Assembly (NCBI GenBank): GCA_032718475.1
Contig: JAUCBJ010003797.1
Coordinates: forward strand, 1-35,278
Origin: Nemertoderma westbladi
Lineage: Eukaryota > Animalia > Xenacoelomorpha
Length of the DNA stretch: 35,278 bases
Direction: 5' to 3'
The position numbers and the translations under genes were made by a program. The notes under the pieces were generated by a model that was not told where the DNA came from, did no database searches, and saw nothing but the letters and a program-made list of their open reading frames with translations. Positions 1-10,793 of the stretch are shown here, one piece after another. Positions within the stretch are counted from its first letter, which is position 1, and every line of letters begins with the position of its first letter.

Positions 1-1050
1 CCAAACTTGGTACACATGTTGTTTGGCAAAAGTTTAGAAATTTTCCAAGTAGAATTTCCGTGTGGCCTTCGAGAAGCTAAGATAATAGCAGTTAATTAGT
101 TAATTAAGTTGATTACGGTGAAAACACCATTTTCAACCTGCCTTTTAAAGGAAATTAATTGTTTTACAGTATAAGATTTAAATAATTATAATTAAAAATT
201 ATACAGATGTAATCCACATACGCCATTCTATTATAGTTTTTAATTAGTTCAAGTGATTTGCTTTAATAATTGTGTCTTTAATTGATCTAAAGTAATTAAA
301 ACGGCATAAAAAATGGATTCTCATTAAATACTGATCATTTATTGGCCAACTTGCAAGTTGGCTGGTACATAGATGGGGGATGTGTGTGTAAGGGAGCCAG
401 TTGCTGGGAATGCCAGTGGAGGGGGGTTGTATGTAACTAGCCACACGGCTGCCAGCTAGACCTAACGAGATTGAAACCTGCATTCCCTACCTCCTATTAC
501 ACTATAGAGTCTGTGTTCTTTAGTCTCAGGTAATAGACAGATCTCATTTAATGATTGTCAGTCAATAAGATTACCACTGCAGAAGGCTTATATCCAAAAT
601 TGTTTATTTCTCAAAATATTATGCTTATTATTTTTTGATGGGATTTCTGTGTATTTTAATTGTCTAAGTTTTCAGAGGCATTAACAGTATATTAAATAAA
701 TTATTTGAATATCATTCATTACTGCATCGACTGTATTTAGTACTGCGTAGATTATATTCCTATAAACCACCTGGCTTCGCATATTGAACGTGCGATTGGA
801 TATAAGTTCGTGCTACCTTCCGTGGGTGGTAGATGTCGCGGTTATGTATTGGTGGGTGGGAAGGGTGGGGGGGGGGGGGGGGGGGTGGGGTGGGGTGGGG
901 GTGCAGATTTAAAGGGCTGAACACGTACTGTCCCTCTTTTTTTGATTGATTGGCGGTGTGGATAAATTTCTAAATTTTACTAATTTATAAAGCTAAATAC
1001 TGATTTTGTGATACAGTCGCTCGATATTAATTTGTATCTCATAACTGGGC

Positions 1051-1084
1051 CTCGTGCTGCGCGAAGGCCCCACGAACGTGTCTT
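1051..1084 (-). mobile_element. 5' terminal motif of a Helentron/HINE-like repeat family
   Basis: The reverse complement ACACGTTCGTGGGGCCTTCGCGCAGCACGAG matches the starts of the copies at 13873 and 16453. Leftward extent is not resolved. Confidence 0.6.
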
Positions 1085-1089
1085 AGAGA

Positions 1090-1555
1090 CAAACGAAATG
1101 AAAAGCCTCTGCCTGGACTTAATTAGAGCTTTTACGGAGGGAATTCCTAATTCTACTAGACATAGGTCATTAGAACACGATTTACGGACCCCAAGGCAGG
1201 ACTTTATAACGTCTACATACATTGATTCTACACACTGTAGTTGTTCTGTCAGCCATGTTTCGGAGCCTTATAAAATTGACGATAATAGTGCTGCGTCCAT
1301 TACTTTCCTTTTGACCCAAAATGGGGAGTTGTAATTTTTGGCTAAGAATGCGTTGTATTTATTTTTATGGCACTCCTTTTCCTCCAGGTGGATTGTGATT
1401 GCACTTTGGACTTTCCCGTCTTGTGTTATAGGTGACCCGAGATACATGTATATCTGGCAGTTCTCAATATCTATCTTTCCTGTCGGGATACTCATGCGGT
1501 CAATGTCATCTCCATTGATCACTAAAAATTATGTTTTCTTCTCATTAATAATACA
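1090..1555 (-). pseudogene. Degraded non-LTR retrotransposon (LINE) fragment, C-terminal part of the RT region
   Basis: ORFs 1268-1522 and 980-1222 share one frame and read INEKKT*FLVING...YMYLGSPIT...SSIL*GSETW. These are the LINE INxxKT, YLG and LYGSETW motifs, with two nonsense codons. Confidence 0.75.
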
Positions 1556-2313
1556 CAGACCAAGCTATGAATGGAATGTGAATACAATGGAGTGGCCAGG
1601 GAGAGAGAGAGAGGCCTTGATAAACCCAGCCAAGCCAACCAACTCTTCCTTCCCTCTTTGCAATGTAGTTAGTAGCCCGCCAACTGGGTGATTGACAGGT
1701 TAAACAAGATGCCACTTCGTCAGAAAGCGGCACACATCAATAGAATTACAGGAAAACAATTAATATATGCCTGCATTGAAAATTATACAAGATATTCATT
1801 AATAAAAAATACCTTCCCGCGTTAAATTTTAATGCGATTTTAATGAACTATTATTTATTCAGTTCTTGTTGGGAGAACTATGTGAACGACCACCAAAATT
1901 TGTATAAAAATTTGGATAATAATTTAACAAGTTAACAATCGCATTTTTTGAATTTGTTTTGCTCTACTAGAAAATAGACATGTTGAACATGTAATTATTT
2001 CACCTCTAATGCATTTTTGTACGAATTGACGAAAAATGCCAAGGGGGGGGGGGGGGGGGGGGGGGGTTCAAGTCTCCCACCCTAGGTTTTAAGTCTCCCC
2101 ACTTTGACATTGTTTCGAAAATACGAATTTGGTTTAATTAAAAATGTTTAAGAGTTGAAATTCTCAAACTCTCACATAATGATAGCAATCATAAAATGTG
2201 TTATCTGATAAAGGTAAAACGGCAATGAAAAATTCATTTTATCTGTTCTTTAGAACGATTATAACTTTTCGGGTTCAAGTTTCAAGTCTCCCTCACCTCA
2301 CCCAATGGAGCGC

Positions 2314-2496
2314 AAAAAAATGAATTCGCCACCAGCGGGGATCGAACCCGCGTCAAATACAGATTAAATCCATCCGTAAGGAGGACTGTATTCAATAGCA
2401 ACCCTAAGGTAGCTTACCACCTACAGCAAATCAATCGGAAAGATGCAGGAGCCTCCGTGGTGTAGTGGTTAGCATACCTGAACGTTTATCGGGAGA
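2314..2496. pseudogene. tRNA-like sequence (tRNA pseudogene or SINE head) split into two oppositely oriented halves
   Basis: The 5' half with A box lies on + at 2451-2496 (GCCTCCGTGGTGTAGTGGTTAGCATACCTGAACGTTTATCGGGAGA). The 3' half with B box lies on - at 2354-2327 (GACGCGGGTTCGATCCCCGCTGGTGGCG), followed by T7. Joined, the halves fold as a cloverleaf. Confidence 0.7.
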
Positions 2497-2932
2497 TTTT
2501 TTTTCAAAATTTTCAAAAAAATTTTGGAGAAAATTAGAAAACAAAGTTATATATCCATACATTAGGACTACATATAATGTATCAAAACATTTGAAAATGT
2601 TGAAAAGTGCAATAGGCATCATTTATACTATAATAGTAAGGAAGATAGTTAGGCCCTACCTTAAATCCCTAGGGGGGGGGGGGGGGGGGGGGGGGTTCAT
2701 GATGACACCCCGCCCCCCCTTTTTTTTATTTGAAACGCCCGTGTCACCGCAAATATGACTATAAACTATGCGTTTATCAACTGTCCGTTAATAATTTCAA
2801 TTATTAATTATGAATTAAATTATGATTATTAGGTAATAATAATCAATATCTGTATCATATTACAGACATTGATTATTACACCTGATCATTTTAAATTTCT
2901 GCAAAAACCTCCTGTTTGAGCTCAGGTGCTCA

Positions 2933-3096
2933 TGTAGCGTCGCGTCCACTCGATGGCTTACCTATCGTTCGGACACTTAACTCGTTTCCTTGAGTATTAC
3001 GTATTCTAGAACATATAAAACACAACAATGTTTAACAATAATAAAATAGCTCACTAGTACGTTAGTTATTTATATGTGGCATTTACATCCCCCACA
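2933..3096 (+). repeat. 5' LTR (164 bp)
   Basis: Identical to 6799-6957 except for a 5-bp duplication near the start. Contains TATAAAA and AATAAA. Confidence 0.95.
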
Positions 3097-3097
3097 T

Positions 3098-3112
3098 TGG
3101 TGCCCCAGACGT
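3098..3112 (+). promoter_or_regulatory. Primer-binding site, tRNA-Trp-like
   Basis: TGGTGCCCCAGACGT lies 1 nt after the LTR and resembles TGGTGACCCCGACGT, the complement of the eukaryotic tRNA-Trp 3' end. Confidence 0.75.
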
Positions 3113-3135
3113 TAGATTAATTACCTAACTTAATA

Positions 3136-3996
3136 ATGAACAATTTCCCTGATAACATTAATGAGGCGGCAGCCGGTGCATTCGACTATTGACGTTTGGA
3201 ACATGAGCTCCACGCCCTTCAACTTGGAAATCCACTGGTCAATGCTGCTCCTGCCTCATCAACAGTCGCTGTGAAACTCCCTTCTTTCTGGACCGCGCAA
3301 CCCGAGGTTTGGTTCAAGCAAGTGGAAGCTCAGTTAGATTTAAAAGGAATTACGGCAGACCTCACTAAATACAAATGTAATCCAGGCCCTTGATAACACG
3401 GTGGCAACTGAAATTGGTGCATTCATCTTGAACCCACCAGAAGCTAACAGATATGAAGCTCTGAAAACTATACTCCTCAAAACTTATGGGCTTACAGAAC
3501 AACAAAAGGGAGCCAAGTTACTATCAATCAATGGCCTGAGTGATCGCCACCCATCTTCTCTACTACGATACATGGCTACGTTAGTTCCTGCTGACACCTA
3601 CAGGGGGTATACATTCCGTAGTCTATTCCTACAACATCTACATGAAACAGTCCACATAGCCCTGGCCAGAGACCCTCCTACGGACATTAAAGATCTTGCA
3701 TTTGCCGCTGACTCTATCATAGAGGCCCAAGGTCCAACTCATTATCGTGGTATAGCTGCAGTGGAAGTGGATGCCATAGACAACAGAAACGCACCCAACA
3801 GCGTTAGAGCCAAAGGAATGCACCTCCCACTCAACTACCTCGTGTAAACCGCCGATCCACAACTCGCTGCACCAATCACCAGCGTTATGGCACGCATACC
3901 TGGGCTTGCTGCACTATGCTCCCTTGTTCCACTTGCAACATGGCACACATCACAGTACCCAGACCTTCGGGAAACGCCACTGCCGACGCCCAGTAG
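3136..3996 (+). pseudogene. gag: gag, disrupted by a stop and frameshifts
   Basis: [21 protein letters not shown]-terminal motif (ORF 3196-3393), continuation in ORF 3401-3847, and CTNHQRYGTHTWACCTMLPC (CHCC knuckle) at 3868-3927. Confidence 0.85.
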
Positions 3997-4014
3997 CCGT
4001 CCAGGCCGTCGGCA
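3969..4014 (+). promoter_or_regulatory. Putative -1 ribosomal frameshift signal between gag and pol
   Basis: G GGA AAC in the gag frame, a 5-nt spacer, then the stem TGCCGACG/CGTCGGCA. The protease ORF is in the -1 frame. Confidence 0.75.
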
Positions 4015-6620
4015 ACAAACCCAAACAGAAATATGGCATGAAAACAATGACAGTCTGGGACCGCAAGACCGGACGTCAGTTTCGTGTCGACTTCGGTGCC
4101 GATGAGTCCGTCACCCCAGCATCAAGACTCGATCATTCACGTACTCAAACTACACCTCTCATTGCTGCTAATGGCTCACGCATCTCAGCATGGGGGACGA
4201 CAACAATTGCCCTCGAACTGGGCAACCAAACCTTCATCCAACGTTTCAACATTGCTGATGCACAACAACCAATCTTTGGTGCAGATTTCTTCATAGCTAA
4301 TAATCTGGCCATCGATATGGCCAATCGGCGTTTAATTGACCTAGAGACATACATTACAATACCGACAGGATCAACATCAGTGATAGGAAATATCAATGGG
4401 CTCCATAAACCCAGAGAGGCCTCAACCTCGCTTCCATCCTCGATGAGTTCCCTGAACTCCTAATCCCACGTTTCCATGCCTCTGCTCCAAACTTACATGG
4501 TGTTGAACACCACCTCCCCACTAATGGCCCACCCATTTTCGCCCACACGAGACGTCTTCATGCCGACCAGCTGGAGGTAGCCCAAGCTGAATTTAAGAAA
4601 ATGGAAGACTTCGGAATCATCCGTCGCAGCAATTCTGCTTGGGCCACACCACTACATGTTGTACCCAAACCTGATGGTGGTTGGCGCCCATGTGGCGATT
4701 ACCGACGCCTCAAAGCAGCCACAAAAAATGACAAATACCCGATACCACATATCGGTGACTTCAACACCAATCTGAATGGGAAAACTATATTCTCAAAGAT
4801 TGACTTGGCGAAAGGCTACCATCAAATCCCTATGACTGAAGCCGATATTTGTAAGACATCAATTATCACCCCATTTGGCTTGTGGGAATTTCTTCGAATG
4901 CCCTTTGGTCTGAAGACTGCGGCTCAATCGTTTCAACGGCTGATGGATACCATCCTTCGAGGGATTCCATGTATATTCATATATGTGGATGACATCTTGG
5001 TAGCTAGTAGCAACCGCACTGAACATGCTTCTCACTTGAGAGAGGTTTTCTAAGCTAACCAACGCTGAGAAGAAGTACTCTGCCTTCGACAGGGAACTGC
5101 TTGCTGCCTACTTAGGAATCAAACATTTCCGGAACTATATCGAAGGACGGCAATTTACATTGTTTACAGACCATAAGCCCTTAGTTGCTGCAATGACTGG
5201 CACCGCCGATCGCACCCCCCGCCAAACTCGCCACCTTTCCTTCATTGCCGAGTTCACTACAAACATGAAGGGAACCTCAAATGTGGTAGCAGACACACTA
5301 TCACGTGCCCCTGTTGAGTCCAATGAGCCCAACCCCAGATCAGGTACAACAGTGTCAGCTATTCTAACTCCTACAATCGAATACGCGCTGTTGGCTTCAG
5401 ACCAGGCTACATCCAAAGAAATCGAAGCTTATCGCACAAGCACTGCTGTCACTTCACTCAATCTCGAAGACCTTGCCTATAATGGCTACTCTATCTTATG
5501 TGACACTGCCATTGGAAAAGCCAGACCAGTCATACCTGCCAATTGGACAAAACGAATATTTGAGGCTATCCATGGCCTTTCTCACACTGGTTACCATCCC
5601 ACATACCGTGCCATAGCGAAACGATTTGTTTGGCATGGGATGAAATCAGATATCCGCAACTGGTGTCGCTCCTGTCACCTGTGTCAAGTCTCTAAGGTCA
5701 GCCAACACATACACACCCCCTTAGAATCCCGCCCCCCACCGGAACGGCGCTTTGGATCTCTTCATGTAGACCTTGTGGGGCCCCTTCCCATCTCTGAGAA
5801 AATAGTAGATCGCTATACCAGGTGGCCAGAAGCTATTCCAATTCCAGACTCCACAACTGAAACTTGCATTCGTGGCTTTCTACGCACATGGGTGGCACGG
5901 TTCGGTATCCCAGGGGATCTCACATCCGACAAAGGCCCACAGTTTACATCACAACTTTGGGCCGAGTTACAACGTCTCTTGGGAGTATCAGCCAACAACA
6001 CTACCGCATATCACCCACAAGCCAACGGTATGGTTGAACGATTTCACCGTCAACTAAAGGCGTCACTTAAGGCGCGCATGACAGGACCCAACTGGACGGA
6101 CCACCTACCCATGGTTATGCTCGGCATCCGCACAGCCTGGAAGGAAGACGCAGACTGTTCTCCAGCTGATTTAGTATATGAGACTTCCCTACACATTCCA
6201 GGTGAATTCTTCAAGACTGATAGGAACTCAGACCTCCAACCAAGTTTCTTAAGCGGTCTACAAGATGCCATGCGCTTAGCAAAGCCTCCACCAACTAATT
6301 ACCACGGCCAACGTGCAGCATCAGTTCCAGAGAACTTAGCATCAACTGGTTTCGTTTATATACGAGTCGACAGCCACAAACACCCACTTCAGCAACCCTA
6401 CACTGGCCCCTACCGCATTCTTGGGGTCAATGCCAAGCATTACACAATAGACTGCAATGGTAAAGCTGTAAACGTATCTATAGACCGGTTAAAAACTGCA
6501 TACACTGACACTGGTTGCGCAAGCACGACAATGGTTGGTTCCATCAACAACACAACGAGCATCACCAACAACAATGCGCACTTCTACAACACAAGCGATG
6601 GGATCACCTCCTCTTGTTGA
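3969..6620 (+). pseudogene. pol: pol (protease, RT, RNase H, integrase) with a frameshift and an internal deletion
   Basis: Protease FRVDFGA, RT motifs [10 protein letters not shown] / MPFGL / YVDD, RNase H remnant DRELLA...TDHKPL, integrase HHCC, D-D-E (HVDLVG, SDKG, VERFH) and GPY. RT jumps directly into mid-RNase H at about 5050. Confidence 0.92.
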
Positions 6621-6786
6621 CTACTCATTGGAACCAGAACCCGACCCCATGTCGTACATACCCCCCATGTGCGGAACCAGAAGTGGAAGATTAAGTAAAC
6701 CTCCAACTCGTTTGAGCTTGTAACTCGACTCACTGTTAATTCTCAACTAGAACACATCAATGAACATAAACTTTCGTGCCCTCACT

Positions 6787-6798
6787 GGGGGGGAGTGA
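6787..6798 (+). promoter_or_regulatory. Polypurine tract
   Basis: GGGGGGGAGTGA directly before the 3' LTR. Confidence 0.85.
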
Positions 6799-6957
6799 TG
6801 TAGCGTCCACTCGATGGCTTACCTATCGTTCGGACACTTAACTCGTTTCCTTGAGTATTACGTATTCTAGAACATATAAAACACAACAATGTTTAACAAT
6901 AATAAAATAGCTCACTAGTACGTTAGTTATTTATATGTGGCATTTACATCCCCCACA
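6799..6957 (+). repeat. 3' LTR (159 bp)
   Basis: Direct repeat of 2933-3096 with TG...CA ends. Confidence 0.95.
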
Positions 6958-8612
6958 CTCATAACAACATTTGACACAAAGTGGACTTTGAGCACCGATG
7001 CGCATACAGTTGTATCCTATTGTTGTAGTGCGAAATGCACACTGGTGTTCATACCTAAATCTCATACATAAGTGACATACATTGACGCTATGAAAACCAG
7101 ATGATGTTGTTCACGCTTTTAGACCTTTAACAGTTTGACCTGCTAATTTAAGTGTCTCTTGAATCGACTTTTGCCCGTACTAATTGACATCAGCTGAAGC
7201 CAGTCTAGCACGGCATATGACCCACGGGTGTGGGAGACTGGATTCAGTTCTAGAGCAGTTATTGCAGTAGGCTACTTTGTATTATTCGATTGATCACTAC
7301 TATATAATCTCCGACAACTATATTTACTTTCGGGGAAATATTAACAGTTCCTTTGGTATGTGGCGCTTTAAGTATCAAACAGAGTTATGACTTACACTAA
7401 TCACAACTAGTGGCAATAAGATATCGCAAATGGCGCATTCTTTAGGAATGCTTTATTAACCTTCAAACTAACTTCACACTAATGCACACTGATTTGCCGA
7501 CTGTCACTGATTTTGATCATATATAAGGAGGATTGCAACTCACGTACGTTGGGATTATGAAATAGCATCTATTTCCCACAAAAACCACTATAAATTGAGC
7601 CACAATTGCTACTAATACACCCTTCTGCTTACCTCAGTAATTAAGAAAGTCAAGGGGGATTTTACTATTATCCATCAGTATTCTCCAAATATAACATCCA
7701 TTAATATAAACAGCAATTAACAATAATATAAAACAGTATATTAGAAAACAGTGCGGTGAAAGGAGTCAGTATACAGTGTTATGTATGAATTGATATGCAA
7801 TGATATGTCAGTATGTATGTAATGTTAATAGATATGCGTTCTTATGACTCTAAGCCACTGATGTTAGGGCGAAAGTCTGATAGTCAGAATGTCCGAATGA
7901 ATTCTGAATGAAGTATGAATTCTCGGAAAACTGCCGCATTGCCTCATCTCTCGTAGGCCGCTGTAAACAGAGAAAGGGAGATTGCTCTGATTGGCTGAAA
8001 TATATGTCAACAAAGAACATTCCCCACACAAAGGAACAGCTGGTAGATTTCGTCATTCCAACTCTGGGTTTTTTGACAGACACGTAGTTGTACAATTATA
8101 AGCCCTTTTAGAGTATTTAGCGCATTGCGCAAAATGACTTATTTTGTCCGCAAAAGCTTTTACAGATGTCAGTTTTTATCAAAAATGATTCATTATGTCA
8201 CTATACACATCCGCACACAGGAAAACATTATATTTTCCTCCCGCAATTCAGATCTTCACAAGGAATGCGCACCGGTGCTCTAACCGCATTTTCTATCAGA
8301 TATTGGGTGTTTATTGGTCCACATTAGCGGGAATGTTTGAAATGCGCACCGGTGCGCTCATTTAGCGCTTAACGTGTTAAATCTTCTCGTCTGGAAAACT
8401 GAAAATAATCAATACCGAGAAAAATTATTAAATTCCAGAACATATCTTAGGCAAATTAAACAATTTATACAATTTATTATTACGGATATGTAATTATTGT
8501 GCATTCACAATACCGACAATTTGGCGGAATATAGCAACACTAAGACCTTTATTTACTTATGTAAACATTCCAGAATTGAATGTTTGTGAATTGAATTGTT
8601 TGAATGTAAACA

Positions 8613-9059
8613 TTCAAACATTCCCATCCAGCCACCTTCAAACATTCCCATCCAGCCACCTTCAAACATTCCCATCCAGCCACCTTCAAACATTCCCATC
8701 CAGCCACCTTCAAACATTCCCATCCAGCCACCTTCAAACATTCCCATCCAGCCACCTTCAAACATTCCCATCCAGCCACCTTCAAACATTCCCATCCAGC
8801 CACCTTCAAACATTCCCATCCAGCCACCTTCAAACATTCCCATCCAGCCACCTTCAAACATTCCCATCCAGCCACCTTCAAACATTCCCATCCAGCCACC
8901 TTCAAACATTCCCATCCAGCCACCTTCAAACATTCCCATCCAGCCATCTTCAAACATTCCCATCCAGCCACCTTCAAACATTCCCATCCAGCCACCTTCA
9001 AACATTCCCATCCAGCCATCTTCAAACATTCCCATCCAGTCGCCTTCAAACATTCCCAT
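8613..9059. repeat. 24-bp minisatellite, about 18.6 copies (TTCAAACATTCCCATCCAGCCACC)
   Basis: Directly visible tandem units with only a few single-base variants. Confidence 0.97.
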
Positions 9060-9550
9060 TCCCGCTCACTCCCGGGTATTCTCACTCCCGGGGTGTATTT
9101 TCCCTAGTGTATTTTAACACCCTCCAAGTGAAAACTCACCCCTCCATTTATCAATTTTTACACTATGCAAATCCATCCCCTGTTAAATTTCCCTAGTGTA
9201 TTCTCACTCGTGGTGTATTTTTTTGTACTTTTAGGGCTGTAGGGGGGTGGAAATTCTCTACTATACCACTATTACTGTATTATGGTGAAATGATAAGACA
9301 TTAGAATTTTAAACAATGCAAAATGAAAAAGAAACGCTAGCGAAGCGAACGAAATTTTTTTGTCTATTTTCGTAATTTGAATTAATTTTGGGCGCGCTGC
9401 GCTTCTGCGCAGCGCACACCTCTCTGACCTGATCTGAGGTCATTCGCGCAGGTAATCCTATGCGTTCAAGTTTTGCAGCATGAATTCCAACCTGGTAATA
9501 CCTGTATACTGTTCAGATGTTACTGTACGGTACGCACGCATACGGTACAA

Positions 9551-9790
9551 CCAAGGCCATCTAAACAACAGGCCATGACAAGCACCTAGCCTTCAAAATT
9601 ATCGTAGGCCAAGGCGATACCTAATACAGGCCATGACATGGCCTGTATTAGGTATCGCCTTGTCGTACAGTCGTACTGTCGTAGGCTGACTGTGCTAATT
9701 ATGGTACCTAAACAGACCTACGATCTGGTGATAATTTTGCAGGCTAGGTCCTTGTCTGCTTGTCATGGCCTGTTATTTAGATGGCCTTGG
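9551..9790. repeat. Foldback / MITE-like nested inverted repeat
   Basis: Outer arms CCAAGGCCATCTAAAcAACAGGCCATGACAAGCA and its reverse complement. Perfect central palindrome with 26-bp arms at 9610-9635 and 9637-9662. Confidence 0.85.
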
Positions 9791-10124
9791 CTGCTTGGGT
9801 ACAACAATGTAATTAATTATGCAATTATGTACAGATGTATACTATGTAATTAGGTACTAATTATCGTTAATTAATCGTAATTATTCATTAATACTTTGTA
9901 ATTATGTAGGCCTATTAGTCAATAATTATATGTCTGTATTGCCTGTATTCACAGTCTGGCAGTTTTTATCAATTGCAATTTCCTACCGTATAATCTGATA
10001 ATACTGCTACGATAGTGCTACCGGTACCTACTGTAATAATGTCGTGAAATAACTACCGCGTACCGGTGCCCTTACAGCCTTACTCTATAGCCTCTCTAAA
10101 GGCTAGGAGGAGGTCATTCATTTT

Positions 10125-10376
10125 ATGATGAGTGGTTTAACATCCGATGTCGGTGTTCCATTGATGGCCTACCACAGCAATGTAGAGGAATTCGATGATA
10201 GTTCCAACTCAGATTACGAAACCACAGTTAATGATTCAGCACCCCTCCCTATTATATTCCACGGACCACCACCGACAAGTATTGCGATAACGAAAGTCCT
10301 TCTTGCAGTTGGCTTTATAATGGGGTTAATCGGTTTTGTTGGTTTAATTGTTTACTTTAAAGCTTTTAATAGTTAA
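10125..10376 (+). CDS. Candidate 83-aa single-pass membrane microprotein
   Basis: ATG start, acidic Ser/Asp-rich N-terminus and one hydrophobic helix (VLLAVGFIMGLIGFVGLIVYF) followed by K. No family recognised. Confidence 0.4.
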   Translation: MMSGLTSDVGVPLMAYHSNVEEFDDSSNSDYETTVNDSAPLPIIFHGPPPTSIAITKVLLAVGFIMGLIGFVGLIVYFKAFNS

Positions 10377-10793
10377 TTGATGTGAGAATGAATCACTGAG
10401 TCAGTGAGAAGGAAAGTGTTTATTGTATTGGGAATACCCCTCTAGCCGACGGATTACTGGAGTGCCTGCTAGAGTGCGAGGTGTTCGGTTTGAAGAAGCC
10501 TTAGAGGCAGATCACATTATAAATGCGAATTGCGTTTTTTAAATATAATTCTGTCATTTATTGGTAACAACACCTGATCAATAACCAACCTAACTAACAT
10601 ACTGACTGACTGAATGACATATATCATGACATGTGACATGATGGTGTCTTTTATGGCAAATTGGGTCACATATTGAATATGAATAGGCCCTATCTGATTT
10701 TACATGTACTATTATTACATTCATTACAAATATATACTCTTTAATTAACTAATAAATAAGGTGGTCCTGGCCGTGGTGATTGGCTGATTTATA

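Larger units (their letters stand above)
2933..6957 (+). mobile_element. Ty3/Gypsy LTR retrotransposon, CsRn1-like, full length but internally decayed
   Basis: Two TG...CA LTRs and a 4-bp TSD CTCA (2929-2932, 6958-6961). PBS, PPT, gag-PR-RT-RH-IN order, CHCC gag knuckle and GPY motif are present. Confidence 0.95.

Noticed and set aside
2451-2496. Functional tRNA-Asn(GTT) gene
   Set aside because: Only half is present in this orientation and the anticodon loop lacks U33 and purine 37.
8613-9059. CRISPR-like array (the 42-bp array was also considered)
   Set aside because: Units are head-to-tail with no unique spacers, there are no cas genes, and the context is eukaryotic.
8549-9196. Four repetitive ORFs over the 24-bp array
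   Set aside because: They are by-products of a stop-free unit whose length is divisible by 3, open on both strands, with no domain or signal context.
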